From assembly GCA_965208125.1 (NCBI GenBank), contig OZ242320.1:2784001-2848000 (forward strand): 64,000 nucleotides of DNA, read 5' to 3'. Shown piece after piece: positions 46,092 to 55,909 of this stretch; positions within the stretch are counted from its first letter, which is position 1; each line of letters starts with the position of its first letter. This DNA comes from Candidatus Latescibacterota bacterium (lineage in GTDB: Bacteria > Latescibacterota > UBA2968). Position numbers and translations under genes: made by a program. The notes under the pieces were generated by a model that worked only from the letters and a program-made list of their open reading frames with translations, did not search any database and had not been told where the DNA came from.

Positions 46092-47549
46092 TTACAATGG
46101 GTTAAACCACTGTTTTGTCGCAACCTTATTTAATTCAAATGGATAATTGGGACGTAATAACCACTTTGCATTGTTATCATGCCTTGAAACTGGCTCATAA
46201 AATTTGTTTTCTTCACAAAATAATTCAAAATGAAATTTGGTATCTACGGAAAATTCATCATCATAATCTTTAACTTCGAATTCCAAGCCACAAGAAATTG
46301 TCGCTCGAGATAATGCTTCATCAAATTCTCCTGTATAACAACACGACACTAAATCATATTTCGACATATCCTTTTTGATTTCTTTTATACTGCTCGCCAA
46401 AGTTTTTCTTTGTCTTTCGATAATGTTCATACTTCTTGTCACATCTGACGTTAAAATAGCCATCTGTTTATAATTTTTCTGTTTCCATGCAATCAAGAAT
46501 TTTTGCAGTGCATACTCTGGAGATTTCTCATCAAAATTTTGAGTCTCAAAATTTCCATCGTCAGTAATTTTTAACTTCGTCCGGGGGCGGAAAGTAGTTA
46601 AATCTTTTTCAATTTGATGGCTTTCATCTATTTGTTGAGTTCGGGACTTATTTTTTACTGTTTTAACATCTTTGAATTCCCTGATCATTTTTGTTACTCG
46701 ATGTATTCCAAGCAGCAATGACCAACACTTACATGCCGTAAATTTATTATCGAAATTTGTATCCATTCCATGCACTATCCCATTTCGATAAGGAATTGTA
46801 ATCTCCTCTGCATTATAACTACCGCGATTCGAACCTATCACATTTAGAACTTCCCATAGATTGGGAGCGATTAATTTCAATGCTGTTTTTGTCTCATCGG
46901 TAATCTTTTGTCGAGTTTTACTGGCAAAAATTGTGCCTTTATCATTACCCAAATCAACAAAAAATTTAGACGTTATACCATCTATCACAGGCAACAGCAA
47001 TAATACACACTCAGAATATCTCTCCTTTATAACACATTGATAGGCTTTCCATATCATGTCCGAATACATATTATTTCTTTGATAATCTTCCTCTTCTATA
47101 GACTCTGAACCTGACTGAGCCACCTGCATATTCTTACTCTGTTGACGTATTCTTTTTTCACTACGGGGATCAAACTTAATATCGAATTGAACATTTTTCA
47201 TGTGGAGATTTATTCGATTGAACCCACCTAAGTCATCCAACCAGAAATCACACAACACTTCTTCTGCACTGTGATAATCTTTAATTTTACATTTTTCACT
47301 GGTCGCCTTAATAATGTCCAGGCTATATAGATCATGAATAAACCAACCTCGTTTAATCAAATATCTGTCAATCACCTTAGCATTATCAAGGGCGGATTTA
47401 ATCTGAACAACTTGATCTTGCAAAGATGAAATTGTTGATTTCGATGAAGGAACTAAATGTTTCAGAAATTTTAGAGTGTCCGGCAATGTATTAAAATCTA
47501 TACCAAGGCTTTTAATTTTATGAGACATGAAATCTGAATAATTGTCCAT
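46092..47549 (-). CDS. AT-rich hypothetical protein with a HEPN-like RxxxxH motif
   Basis: LLLPVIDG...YRNGIVHG; GC visibly lower than flanks. Confidence 0.65.
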   Translation of the reverse strand: MDNYSDFMSHKIKSLGIDFNTLPDTLKFLKHLVPSSKSTISSLQDQVVQIKSALDNAKVIDRYLIKRGWFIHDLYSLDIIKATSEKCKIKDYHSAEEVLCDFWLDDLGGFNRINLHMKNVQFDIKFDPRSEKRIRQQSKNMQVAQSGSESIEEEDYQRNNMYSDMIWKAYQCVIKERYSECVLLLLPVIDGITSKFFVDLGNDKGTIFASKTRQKITDETKTALKLIAPNLWEVLNVIGSNRGSYNAEEITIPYRNGIVHGMDTNFDNKFTACKCWSLLLGIHRVTKMIREFKDVKTVKNKSRTQQIDESHQIEKDLTTFRPRTKLKITDDGNFETQNFDEKSPEYALQKFLIAWKQKNYKQMAILTSDVTRSMNIIERQRKTLASSIKEIKKDMSKYDLVSCCYTGEFDEALSRATISCGLEFEVKDYDDEFSVDTKFHFELFCEENKFYEPVSRHDNNAKWLLRPNYPFELNKVATKQWFNPL

Positions 47550-47607
47550 CGTGTAATCATCCTTTGCCGGTGTATCAGTTGGTTTAGGCGCTGACTACAA
47601 AAATCCG

Positions 47608-47934
47608 TTATATCTTATATCCACGTTGTTTTTTTTTAAGGACTTGAGCCAGTGTCTCCGCCGGTTGGATATCGTCTGTAAGCTGATGCTTGTCCCGTGC
47701 GAGTTTGCGAAAGTCGCACTCTACTTGGATACCGTGCCAGAACTGATCTGACTGACCGAAGAAGGCACCAAAGCGAATCGACATGGCGGGGGTAATTGAC
47801 CGTTGACCACGCACGATTTCGTTGATTTCACGCGGAGCAACTCTGATTGCACGCGCCATGGCATTTTGCGAAATCCCCATTGGCTTGAGGTACTCCTCGA
47901 GCAGAATTTCGCCGGGTGTCATTGGCTTATTCAT
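47608..47934 (-). CDS. higA: HigA family antitoxin
   Basis: [17 protein letters not shown]...[12 protein letters not shown]...FW HTH pattern. Confidence 0.92.
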   Translation of the reverse strand: MNKPMTPGEILLEEYLKPMGISQNAMARAIRVAPREINEIVRGQRSITPAMSIRFGAFFGQSDQFWHGIQVECDFRKLARDKHQLTDDIQPAETLAQVLKKKQRGYKI

Positions 47935-47965
47935 GTCTATCTTCCCTCACTCATAGGGTCCCTTA

Positions 47966-48244
47966 TCAATGATAATCTACTATCGCAACCTGTTCTGGTC
48001 CAAAATCAGTCCACCTGAAGACAATGCGCCATTGGTCGTTGATGCGAATGGAATGAAAGCCTGAGAGCCGACCTTTGAGGGCTTCAAGGCGATTACCAGG
48101 TGGAACGGCAAGGTCTCTGAGGGTATCAGCCTGATTCATCTGAATCAATTTTCGCAGCGCGACTCGCGATATAGCAGCAAACCGTCGATTGCTTTCCAAC
48201 TCGAAAAGTTCTTCGGTGTCCTTATCCGCAAATGACTGAATCAT
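47966..48244 (-). CDS. higB: HigB (RelE-like) toxin
   Basis: [39 protein letters not shown]. Confidence 0.93.
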   Translation of the reverse strand: MIQSFADKDTEELFELESNRRFAAISRVALRKLIQMNQADTLRDLAVPPGNRLEALKGRLSGFHSIRINDQWRIVFRWTDFGPEQVAIVDYH

Positions 48245-48329
48245 GGTTTCGGTAAATTACCCTTGATTTGATAATTTTAGGACAGGTCTTAGCTGTTATA
48301 GGAGTTGTTGTACACCACTCGAAACTCAC

Positions 48330-49571
48330 TCACAAATCAGCACTTTGTCCCGCTGCGTGTTGGGCTTTTGCGCCGACGCCGAGTACGTTTAGGAAGCCCT
48401 CGGAATCGCGGTGGTCGTAGTCGCCCACGTCTTCCATTGAGGCGGTTTCTTCGGAATAGAGAGAGTGCGGCACATTTTCCGATGATTGAAATAGTACCGT
48501 GCCTTTGTATGCGGCGACTGTGATTGTACCCGTCAATAGCTTTGCCACGGGGGCGAGCGCGCCTTGCATCATTTGAGTGGATAGATCGCAGTAATATCCC
48601 TGGTAGATTTGTTCGGCGAGGGATGAAGATATCGAATCGTAGAATCTTCGCGCGCGTCTGTCCAGAACTTGCTGGAGCAAGAACTCGTAACACGCGCCGA
48701 GCAGGCAAAGCCCCGGGCTTTCATATACGCCGCGCGATTTAATGCCGACAAAGCGATTTTCTACGGTGTGAATCCCGATGCCCACGCCGTTTCGCCCGCC
48801 TATTTCATTGGCTTTCAGGATTGCGGTTACGGAATCGGTATCTGTGCCATTGATTTGTACGGGGCGGCCCGCGTCTATTCTGACACTAAATGATTCGGGC
48901 TTATCCGGCGCCTGTGCGGGAAATACGCCCATGCCCGGTTCAATAAAATCGGCTGCTATGTCGAGATATTCGAGTTTGCCCGCCTCGTGTGTTAGGCCCA
49001 GAAAGTTGGCGTCGGTAGAATAGGGTTTTTCGTACGTGGCTGTAATTGGCAAGTTGTATGTATTGCAAAAGTCGATCATTTCTTTGCGCCCGCCAAATAT
49101 GTCGAGAAATGCAGGGTCTCGCCAGGGGGCATACACGGTTACGCTGGGTTTGAGCATGTTGGCGACGAGTTGAAATCGCACCTGATCATTGCCGCGTCCG
49201 GTTGCGCCGTGCGCGAGTACGTCGATATCGCGACGCTTCATTTCCTCCAATAATCCCCGCGTGGTGACATATCGCGCGATGCCGGTTGTATTCCAATATC
49301 CGCCTTCGTAACGCGCTTGTCCAATTAGCATTGCAATACCCGTTTCTGCCAGGTCGGTCTTTAGATCGATCAGCACGGCTTCACGCGCGCCACAGGCGAG
49401 CATGCGTTTGGATATGTCATCGATATTTTTCTCATCGGGTTGGCCAATATCGGCGGTTAAACTCACGACATTTACGCCGCGGTCAGCCAGCCATTTTGTC
49501 ACGGTGCAACTGTCCAATCCCCCCGATGATGCAAGTGCTACTGTTTTTCCGCGCAGTTCATTAAGCGTCAT
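48330..49571 (-). CDS. argG: Argininosuccinate synthase
   Basis: SGGLDS, HGATGRGNDQVRF, YSTDAN, VENRFVGIKSRGVYESPG. Confidence 0.96.
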   Translation of the reverse strand: MTLNELRGKTVALASSGGLDSCTVTKWLADRGVNVVSLTADIGQPDEKNIDDISKRMLACGAREAVLIDLKTDLAETGIAMLIGQARYEGGYWNTTGIARYVTTRGLLEEMKRRDIDVLAHGATGRGNDQVRFQLVANMLKPSVTVYAPWRDPAFLDIFGGRKEMIDFCNTYNLPITATYEKPYSTDANFLGLTHEAGKLEYLDIAADFIEPGMGVFPAQAPDKPESFSVRIDAGRPVQINGTDTDSVTAILKANEIGGRNGVGIGIHTVENRFVGIKSRGVYESPGLCLLGACYEFLLQQVLDRRARRFYDSISSSLAEQIYQGYYCDLSTQMMQGALAPVAKLLTGTITVAAYKGTVLFQSSENVPHSLYSEETASMEDVGDYDHRDSEGFLNVLGVGAKAQHAAGQSADL

Positions 49572-49584
49572 GGTTTTTTCCTTT

Positions 49585-50439
49585 TCATCCTTCGTCTAAA
49601 GAAAAGCCCGCACTATTCAGTAAATCTATCACATTTTCGCGTGCGTGTCGGATGCGAATGTCGATTTCCTCAGCGGTAAAATTACCACCTGTGCCGTTCA
49701 CGCGCTCGACCACCACTGGGCCATCAAAGCCCGCTTCGAATGCCGTGGCAAAGATGCGTTCAAAATCTACATCTCCTTCGCCGGGAATGGGGAAGTTGTT
49801 TTCTGCTTTGGGACCAATGTGATCTTTGGCGATTATTTTACAGGTTTGGGCTGCAATATGGGGAAAATCGTCTTCGGGAGATATGCCTTCGTAATAATGG
49901 ACATTTCCCGGGTCGTAACAGGCCCGCACCGAGATCCGATCAATTTCGGGCAATAAGCGGGCCAGATGTTTTGCGGTTGCGGTATTGCCCGTATGCGGTT
50001 TGAGGGCGAGGATGATGTTTTGATTTTGTGCATGGGTTCCCGCTTCTTTCAGGTCTGCGACATAGGCTTCGTGGGCAGATTGAAAGACTTCGGGCGCGAG
50101 CGGTTCATCGGGAAATCGCCGATACCCGCCCACTCCGGCCATCTGAATTATTTCGGCGCCGAGTGCCCGGCACACGTCAATTCTGCGCATAAGATAACGC
50201 GCGTTATCTCTTGCCGGGGTGGATCCAAGTCCGATTACTACAGGGGTTAAATCCGCTTGTTCGCACAGGGTTTTTGTGCGGTGCACAAGGGGTCCATCGG
50301 GATCAAAACCGAGCGTATCTTCGCCTTCGTGCGACCAGCCCAAACCCACGTAGGAATATCCTGCGCGGGCAACGCCTTCAATCCCTCGCTCGAGAGGATA
50401 GTTTGCATAGGGTAGTGTTAAGCAGACGAGTTTGACCAA
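49585..50439 (-). CDS. Sugar phosphate isomerase/epimerase (TIM barrel)
   Basis: LKPH, YDPGN, KD, PGEGDVDF, GPVVVE; probable TTG start after GGAGG. Confidence 0.8.
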   Translation of the reverse strand: MVKLVCLTLPYANYPLERGIEGVARAGYSYVGLGWSHEGEDTLGFDPDGPLVHRTKTLCEQADLTPVVIGLGSTPARDNARYLMRRIDVCRALGAEIIQMAGVGGYRRFPDEPLAPEVFQSAHEAYVADLKEAGTHAQNQNIILALKPHTGNTATAKHLARLLPEIDRISVRACYDPGNVHYYEGISPEDDFPHIAAQTCKIIAKDHIGPKAENNFPIPGEGDVDFERIFATAFEAGFDGPVVVERVNGTGGNFTAEEIDIRIRHARENVIDLLNSAGFSLDEG

Positions 50440-50456
50440 AAGAGGCCTCCACACTG

Positions 50457-50999
50457 TTAGTCGGTTTTCCGTGTTACAAATAGCGCGAGAAATCCGGGTA
50501 AAAAGGCGATGGTCCAGGAAAGCAACTTATAGACATAATGCGGCCCACCGAGCGCGTGACGGGTCCATATACCCAAAACCAAGAAGGCGAGGCCGGAAGT
50601 CACGGCAGCCAGGATACCTCGGAGCAATGTGCGTTTCAGGCTTTCGGAGATGGTGTTCACCCACCAGTGGAGCAGGGCTGCGAGGATCCACAGTTCCATC
50701 CACGAGACGACTATTGCATTAGCGCGAATGAAAGGGCGCAAGAGGTAATAGCCACCGGCGGATAATATGCCAAGGACGAGGCCACCGAGTGCGCCCAACA
50801 GGATCGTTTGTGTTGTTTTGCCGCTGTAGCCGAGGACAGCACCCAAACAGAGGCACAATAGTGCGCCGTGAAGAATGCCGGCAAACATGCGGTGTTTGAT
50901 CCCGTGATGCGCCCACAGAAAATCGCCCAGTGTGCTGAGCGCGGCGAGTATGATCGCGGCGACGAGTGCGCGTAAGATTCCGTTGTATTGAACAGTCAT
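50457..50999 (-). CDS. Membrane protein, unknown function
   Basis: About six hydrophobic helices; strong RBS. Confidence 0.7.
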   Translation of the reverse strand: MTVQYNGILRALVAAIILAALSTLGDFLWAHHGIKHRMFAGILHGALLCLCLGAVLGYSGKTTQTILLGALGGLVLGILSAGGYYLLRPFIRANAIVVSWMELWILAALLHWWVNTISESLKRTLLRGILAAVTSGLAFLVLGIWTRHALGGPHYVYKLLSWTIAFLPGFLALFVTRKTD

Positions 51000-51023
51000 G
51001 TGCTCCTCCTGGATAACTGAGGT

Positions 51024-52421
51024 CTATCCATTTTGTCGATATGCGGGATTGGGCGTGGGTATCACAGCGCCGGTATCTGTCAGGAATTGGTCGATAAGGT
51101 CATTCAATTTAGATACGCGGTCGGGGTATTCGTCTGCCAGATTATTTGTTTCGCCGATGTCTTCCACCAGGTTGTAAAGTTCTACGCGGTCGCTCTGGTC
51201 GTCGTTGTCGCAGTAGAATCGGATGAGTTTCCAATCGCCTTTGCGAACATAAGTCGATGGCAGGCCATCTGCTGCCGGCGTATAGTGCGGGAAGTGACAG
51301 AAAATGGTGTCCCGATCAAGGATTTCGCCGCGAAGCGCGGGGGCAAAACTGATGCCGTCAACCGATGCAGGTGCGTCGAGGCCGCAGAGTTCGGTCAGGG
51401 TGGGGAAGAAATCGATGCTCTGCACGATCGCCTGATCGTTATGACTACCCGCTTCAATATGATCGGGCCACGCGACAATTAATGGTTCGCGAGTGCCGCC
51501 TTCGTAGGTATTTGCCTTTCCGCCTCTCAGGGGCGCGTTGCTCGTTATAGGTACATCGACATAATCGGGATGGACATTGTCTGTCGCGCTCCAGTGTACT
51601 CCGCCATTGTCAGAAAAGAAGATTACGATGGTATTGTCTAAAATCCCCTCTTCTTCAAGTGTTCCAATTAATTGCCCTACCGCGTCGTCCATTGTTTCAA
51701 CCATGGCTGCGTAAACGGGATTGTGTTGAGGATCTTCGATATCGACTTTTTGCGCGTATTTTTCTATTACATCCTGTTTGGCGTGCCAGGGAGAATGTAC
51801 GGAAAATTGCCAGAAATGGAGATAAAAAGGTGTGTCTTTGTTTTCGCGAATAAATTCAATGGCTTCCAGCGCCATGTGATCTTCCAGGTGCTCGCCCGGT
51901 TCGCCTTTGTTGGGATAGACTTTCCACGGCGCAAACCAGCCGTCGGCCAATGGGCTGGGGGCAGGTGTATGCGGGATGTCGATGTCGAATCCGTGTTCAA
52001 ACGGGCTATAAGGCTCTGCGCCCAGGTGCCATTTCCCAATGTGCGCGGTTTTGTATCCGGCATCGCGAAATACCGAGGATAGGGTCTGGTATTCCGTGCT
52101 TAAGCGGGTAACGCTTTGTGCGATCAGAGCTTTGTTATGCGGTGGTCCTTTTTCGTTTAAAGAGGATTCGAGTACAATGCGGTCCAGATGGCATCCCGGC
52201 GTTGTAATGCCAACGCGCGCGGGCCACAATCCCGTCATGATGCTCGCGCGAGTGGGTGAACACAGTGGATTGGCGGCGTACGCATTGGTGAACATCATGC
52301 CGCGTTCGGCAAGGGCGTCGATATTTGGGGTTTTGCAAAATGCACTGCCGTATAACGATGTATCGCGCCAGCCCAGGTCGTCTGCGAGAATGAATACTAC
52401 ATTTGGTTTGTTTTTTTTCAT
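51024..52421 (-). CDS. Sulfatase
   Basis: KPNVVFILADDLG, CSPTR, GKWHLG, FSDNGG, YEGGTREP. Confidence 0.93.
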   Translation of the reverse strand: MKKNKPNVVFILADDLGWRDTSLYGSAFCKTPNIDALAERGMMFTNAYAANPLCSPTRASIMTGLWPARVGITTPGCHLDRIVLESSLNEKGPPHNKALIAQSVTRLSTEYQTLSSVFRDAGYKTAHIGKWHLGAEPYSPFEHGFDIDIPHTPAPSPLADGWFAPWKVYPNKGEPGEHLEDHMALEAIEFIRENKDTPFYLHFWQFSVHSPWHAKQDVIEKYAQKVDIEDPQHNPVYAAMVETMDDAVGQLIGTLEEEGILDNTIVIFFSDNGGVHWSATDNVHPDYVDVPITSNAPLRGGKANTYEGGTREPLIVAWPDHIEAGSHNDQAIVQSIDFFPTLTELCGLDAPASVDGISFAPALRGEILDRDTIFCHFPHYTPAADGLPSTYVRKGDWKLIRFYCDNDDQSDRVELYNLVEDIGETNNLADEYPDRVSKLNDLIDQFLTDTGAVIPTPNPAYRQNG

Positions 52422-52434
52422 GGGGCCCTCTATC

Positions 52435-53580
52435 TCAGACTTGATCAATTCCCTCTTGGGTTTCGGCAATCAGGAGATCGACGACGGCGCGCAATGCCTC
52501 TATTTCGGTGGCACCTTCCAGGCGGCAGATGCGAAAATGGTCAACCTGTCGGTCAGCGCTGCTGCCGTCGCGGATGATTTCGGATACGCGGTGTAATTCG
52601 TCTTCACAGCCGAGTGCACGTGCGTCTTCGGTCAATTGTTCAATTAGTCCGCGTGCGTAGTCGTCTATGTCCATGCGCCCGCCGTCGCGCGTATCACCCA
52701 GGAACGCAAATACCCCGTAGCGCTGTGCAAGCCAGCGATTCTCGGCGATGATTTCGGTGCGTGGCTCATGGGGCAGGGTGCCTGCCCGCGCCTGCCGCAG
52801 CAGCATGCGGATGAGGGATGCGTAGAGTGCGACAATGCATACTGCGTCTTCGATGTGCGAACAGGTGTCACAGATGCGTATTTCCACTGTTGGATAAGCG
52901 TTGCCGGGGCGGATGTCCCACCAGAGTTCGCTGCCGTCTCCGATAAAGTTCAGTCGCTGGTAGTCTTTTACGAGTTGCTCGTATTCTGCTTGAGAATACA
53001 GGGGCCCGGGAAGGCCGGTGCGCGGGAGGGCACTGAAGATGTTCAGGCGATAGGATTTGAAGCCGGTGAGGTTTCCGCCGCTGAATGGCGACGAGGTGGA
53101 TAGTGCGTGGAGCAGGGGCAGGTACCGGCGAAGTGCGGTCATGACGCGGATGCGTTCATCCGGGTTACCGAAGCTGGCGTGGATATGCATGCCCCCGATG
53201 AGCAGCCGCCGCACGGATTCCTGGTATGTGACTTCAAATTCCTCATAGCGCTTTTGGGGTGTGGGCGTCTGCACTGACCACGACGCGAAGGGATGGGTGG
53301 AGGCAGCCATCAATGCAGCACCGTACTGTGCAGCGGCATCAATGACTATCCGGCGGGTCTCTATCAGTGCCGTGCGGACTTCGGCTATTGATGTGCAGAC
53401 GTGGGTGTTGGTCTCTATTTGGGAGCGCAGAAATTCCGTTACTACTTTGTGGGGACCGCTGTTTTTTTCGCAAACGGCGAGGATGCCCGGGTCGGGGTCG
53501 GCAACGAGGTCGCGGGTGTTGGGATCGACGAGAAAGAATTCTTCTTCGACGCCGAGGGTGATTGTGAGGTCTTTATCCAT
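52435..53580 (-). CDS. Carboxylate-amine ligase (GCS2/YbdK family)
   Basis: TLGVEEE, GMHIH, SSPF, WWDIRP, TVEIRICD, ENRWLAQRYG. Confidence 0.92.
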   Translation of the reverse strand: MDKDLTITLGVEEEFFLVDPNTRDLVADPDPGILAVCEKNSGPHKVVTEFLRSQIETNTHVCTSIAEVRTALIETRRIVIDAAAQYGAALMAASTHPFASWSVQTPTPQKRYEEFEVTYQESVRRLLIGGMHIHASFGNPDERIRVMTALRRYLPLLHALSTSSPFSGGNLTGFKSYRLNIFSALPRTGLPGPLYSQAEYEQLVKDYQRLNFIGDGSELWWDIRPGNAYPTVEIRICDTCSHIEDAVCIVALYASLIRMLLRQARAGTLPHEPRTEIIAENRWLAQRYGVFAFLGDTRDGGRMDIDDYARGLIEQLTEDARALGCEDELHRVSEIIRDGSSADRQVDHFRICRLEGATEIEALRAVVDLLIAETQEGIDQV

Positions 53581-53590
53581 ATTGGGCCTT

Positions 53591-54286
53591 TTATGCGATT
53601 GCTTCGGCCAATTCTGTAAAATCGGCGACTGTTATATCTGCGCGATACGGCGAGTCTTCGTAGGGCAAGTTGTAGCGGTTTACATAAGCGCCACGCATAC
53701 CGCAGGCGCGGGCACCTACCACGTCAAACGAGTTGGCCGATACCATCATGCATTCGCCTACTTCCAGTCCGAGGATTTGTGCAGCGCGGCGATACACAGC
53801 GGGATGCGGCTTGAATGCGCCCATTGTCGTTACGGAGATGACGGCGTCAAAATCCCACTGGATTCGATTTTTCGCCAGGTGATCGAGAAAGGCGGGGTCG
53901 CCGTTGGATAGTCCGACGAGTTTGTAACGCGCGGACAGTTTTTCCAGTCCTGCTCTGACTTCGGGAAAAGGTGACAGTTCTTGCCAGCAGGCCATAAATG
54001 TCTGTACTTCCTCTTTTGACATTTCAATTTTATTCAGGGCGAGTACATATACAAATGCACGTCGCACTGTCTCCAGGTAGCCCCCGTGCCCGAGCATCAT
54101 GATTGTGTCCTGAAATTGTTCCAGGCGTTGACGATAACGCCATTGCTGCCAGAACTGTTCTGCTGTGGTGTCGGCTCCTTTTTCTCGAAGCATTTCGTCG
54201 ATAAATGGGGTCAAACTGCCACCCAGATCCAAAATCGTGCCAAATAGGTCAAATGTCAATGCCTGTACTTGTTCTAATTTTTCCAT
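53591..54286 (-). CDS. Haloacid dehalogenase type II
   Basis: FDLFGT, LSNG, FKPHPAVY, VSANSFDVVGA. Confidence 0.9.
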   Translation of the reverse strand: MEKLEQVQALTFDLFGTILDLGGSLTPFIDEMLREKGADTTAEQFWQQWRYRQRLEQFQDTIMMLGHGGYLETVRRAFVYVLALNKIEMSKEEVQTFMACWQELSPFPEVRAGLEKLSARYKLVGLSNGDPAFLDHLAKNRIQWDFDAVISVTTMGAFKPHPAVYRRAAQILGLEVGECMMVSANSFDVVGARACGMRGAYVNRYNLPYEDSPYRADITVADFTELAEAIA

Positions 54287-54398
54287 AAAAACCATCAGCC
54301 CTCTCTATTTTTATTTTTGACCACGAACAATCAGGGGTTGATTCACCACTGCAAATAGTCTATTTTTGGGATAACGCATCGCTTTTAGGATTGGACAC

Positions 54399-54632
54399 AT
54401 GCCAACAGTCATCATCAACGGATACAAGTTTCGTTTCTATTCTTCAGATCGTTTTGAACCGCCACATATGCATGTTATCAGTGCCGAAAAGGTAGCAAAA
54501 ATTTGGCTACGCCCCGTGTCTGTTGAGTATAATCGGGGATATCACCGCGCAGAATTAAATCAAATTGTGAAGCTTACCCGAGAAAACATAGAACAGTTAG
54601 AGGAAGCCTGGGATGCTTACTTCTCCAGATAA
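54399..54632 (+). CDS. DUF4160 domain protein
   Basis: MPTV...GYKFRFYSSD..EPPHMHV...AKIWL. Confidence 0.85.
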   Translation: MPTVIINGYKFRFYSSDRFEPPHMHVISAEKVAKIWLRPVSVEYNRGYHRAELNQIVKLTRENIEQLEEAWDAYFSR

Positions 54633-54873
54633 AAAGACAGTTATTGCAACAAGCGTCCGTTTTGATAATGATCTTCTGTATGTCGCATTAAGCGATGGAC
54701 GCGAAATAAGTCTGCGGTTGGACAATATTCATTGGTTAGATTGGTTATACAGGGCAACTGGCGAACAACGTGCCAACTGGTCAATAGAACCGGGCGGTTT
54801 TGCTATTTATTGGGAAGGCTTAGATGATGGTATCGAACTTTGCCATCTTTTGAGCCTTGAATCCCTTTTTTGA
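54613..54873 (+). CDS. DUF2442 domain protein
   Basis: LSDGR...WL..AT.EQRANW...IYWEGLDDGI; overlaps the DUF4160 gene. Confidence 0.85.
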   Translation: MLTSPDKKTVIATSVRFDNDLLYVALSDGREISLRLDNIHWLDWLYRATGEQRANWSIEPGGFAIYWEGLDDGIELCHLLSLESLF

Positions 54874-54885
54874 GCTATTCGACAA

Positions 54886-55896
54886 TCATTTGGGCGAGCC
54901 TACCGGTATTTCCACTCTGCGACCTGTGCGGGCAGATTCGTGCGCGGCGAGGGAAATCGCGATGGTGCGTCTGCCGTCGAGGCCGTTGGACTGAGGTTGT
55001 TCGCCTGTTCGGATACATTGCAAAAAGTAAGTCATTTCTTCCAGCAATCCGTTGTTCCTCTCATAAGTCATGTGTTCGGGTTTTTTGCCTATTCGGTTGA
55101 GTGTGAGTTGTGCGCCTGTTCCACTGGTAATTTTTACCGAGCCTTCAGTGCCAGCTACGCCCAGTTCATAGCTTCCGCCTGGATAAATTCGACTGCTGCT
55201 TAAAGATCCGATTGCGCCTGAACTAAATTCCAGATTGATAAAGACACTTTCCTCTACGGTGTTATCTGACGCATCGTCGTATCGCATCACTGCCTGAACA
55301 GCGCACACTTCGCCAGCCATCCAGGTCAGTTGATCCAGTTCGTGGCTGTGCATTGAGAAAAGCCCGCCGTATCTCTCCCGATCCAATTGCCATCCCGCTA
55401 CGCCTCCAGGTGCTCCTGTGCCCAAACGCACGGTATGCGCCATGCGAATCTCGCCGATTTGTCCTTCGTCGATCAATCGTTTCATTTCGCGGTAGGCATT
55501 TTGAAATCGCCGCACATACCCGATCATTAAAAAGACACCGGCATGATCAGCCGCTTCAATCATTGCGTCGCAATCTTCAACTGTGAGTGCCATTGGTTTT
55601 TCGCAAAATACATGCGCGCCTGCTGTGGCGGCATCGACTGTAATGGGGCTGTGTACAAAATTGGGTGTTACTACGAGCACGGCGTCTGGGGATTGCGCCG
55701 ATAGCATGGTTCGGTGATTGTCGTAAATAGCGGGCTGGGACGCGAGTTTGCCGGATAGAGCCTCTGCCGAGGCCCGTTCCCGATCGCAAACTGCCACGAG
55801 TTCTGCGCCTTCTATACTCTCTACGTTGGCAGCGTGACGCGATCCCAATCCCCCACAGCCGACGAGTCCTATTTTGAGCGTTTGGTCTGGTGCCAT
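54886..55896 (-). CDS. Gfo/Idh/MocA family oxidoreductase
   Basis: GCGGLG, VFCEKPMA, SHELD. Confidence 0.9.
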   Translation of the reverse strand: MAPDQTLKIGLVGCGGLGSRHAANVESIEGAELVAVCDRERASAEALSGKLASQPAIYDNHRTMLSAQSPDAVLVVTPNFVHSPITVDAATAGAHVFCEKPMALTVEDCDAMIEAADHAGVFLMIGYVRRFQNAYREMKRLIDEGQIGEIRMAHTVRLGTGAPGGVAGWQLDRERYGGLFSMHSHELDQLTWMAGEVCAVQAVMRYDDASDNTVEESVFINLEFSSGAIGSLSSSRIYPGGSYELGVAGTEGSVKITSGTGAQLTLNRIGKKPEHMTYERNNGLLEEMTYFLQCIRTGEQPQSNGLDGRRTIAISLAAHESARTGRRVEIPVGSPK

Positions 55897-55909
55897 GTCG
55901 CTTCTCCTT

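Noticed and set aside
44340-48320. Integron cassette array
   Set aside because: No convincing RYYYAAC...GTTRRRY attC palindromes between the genes and no integrase seen.
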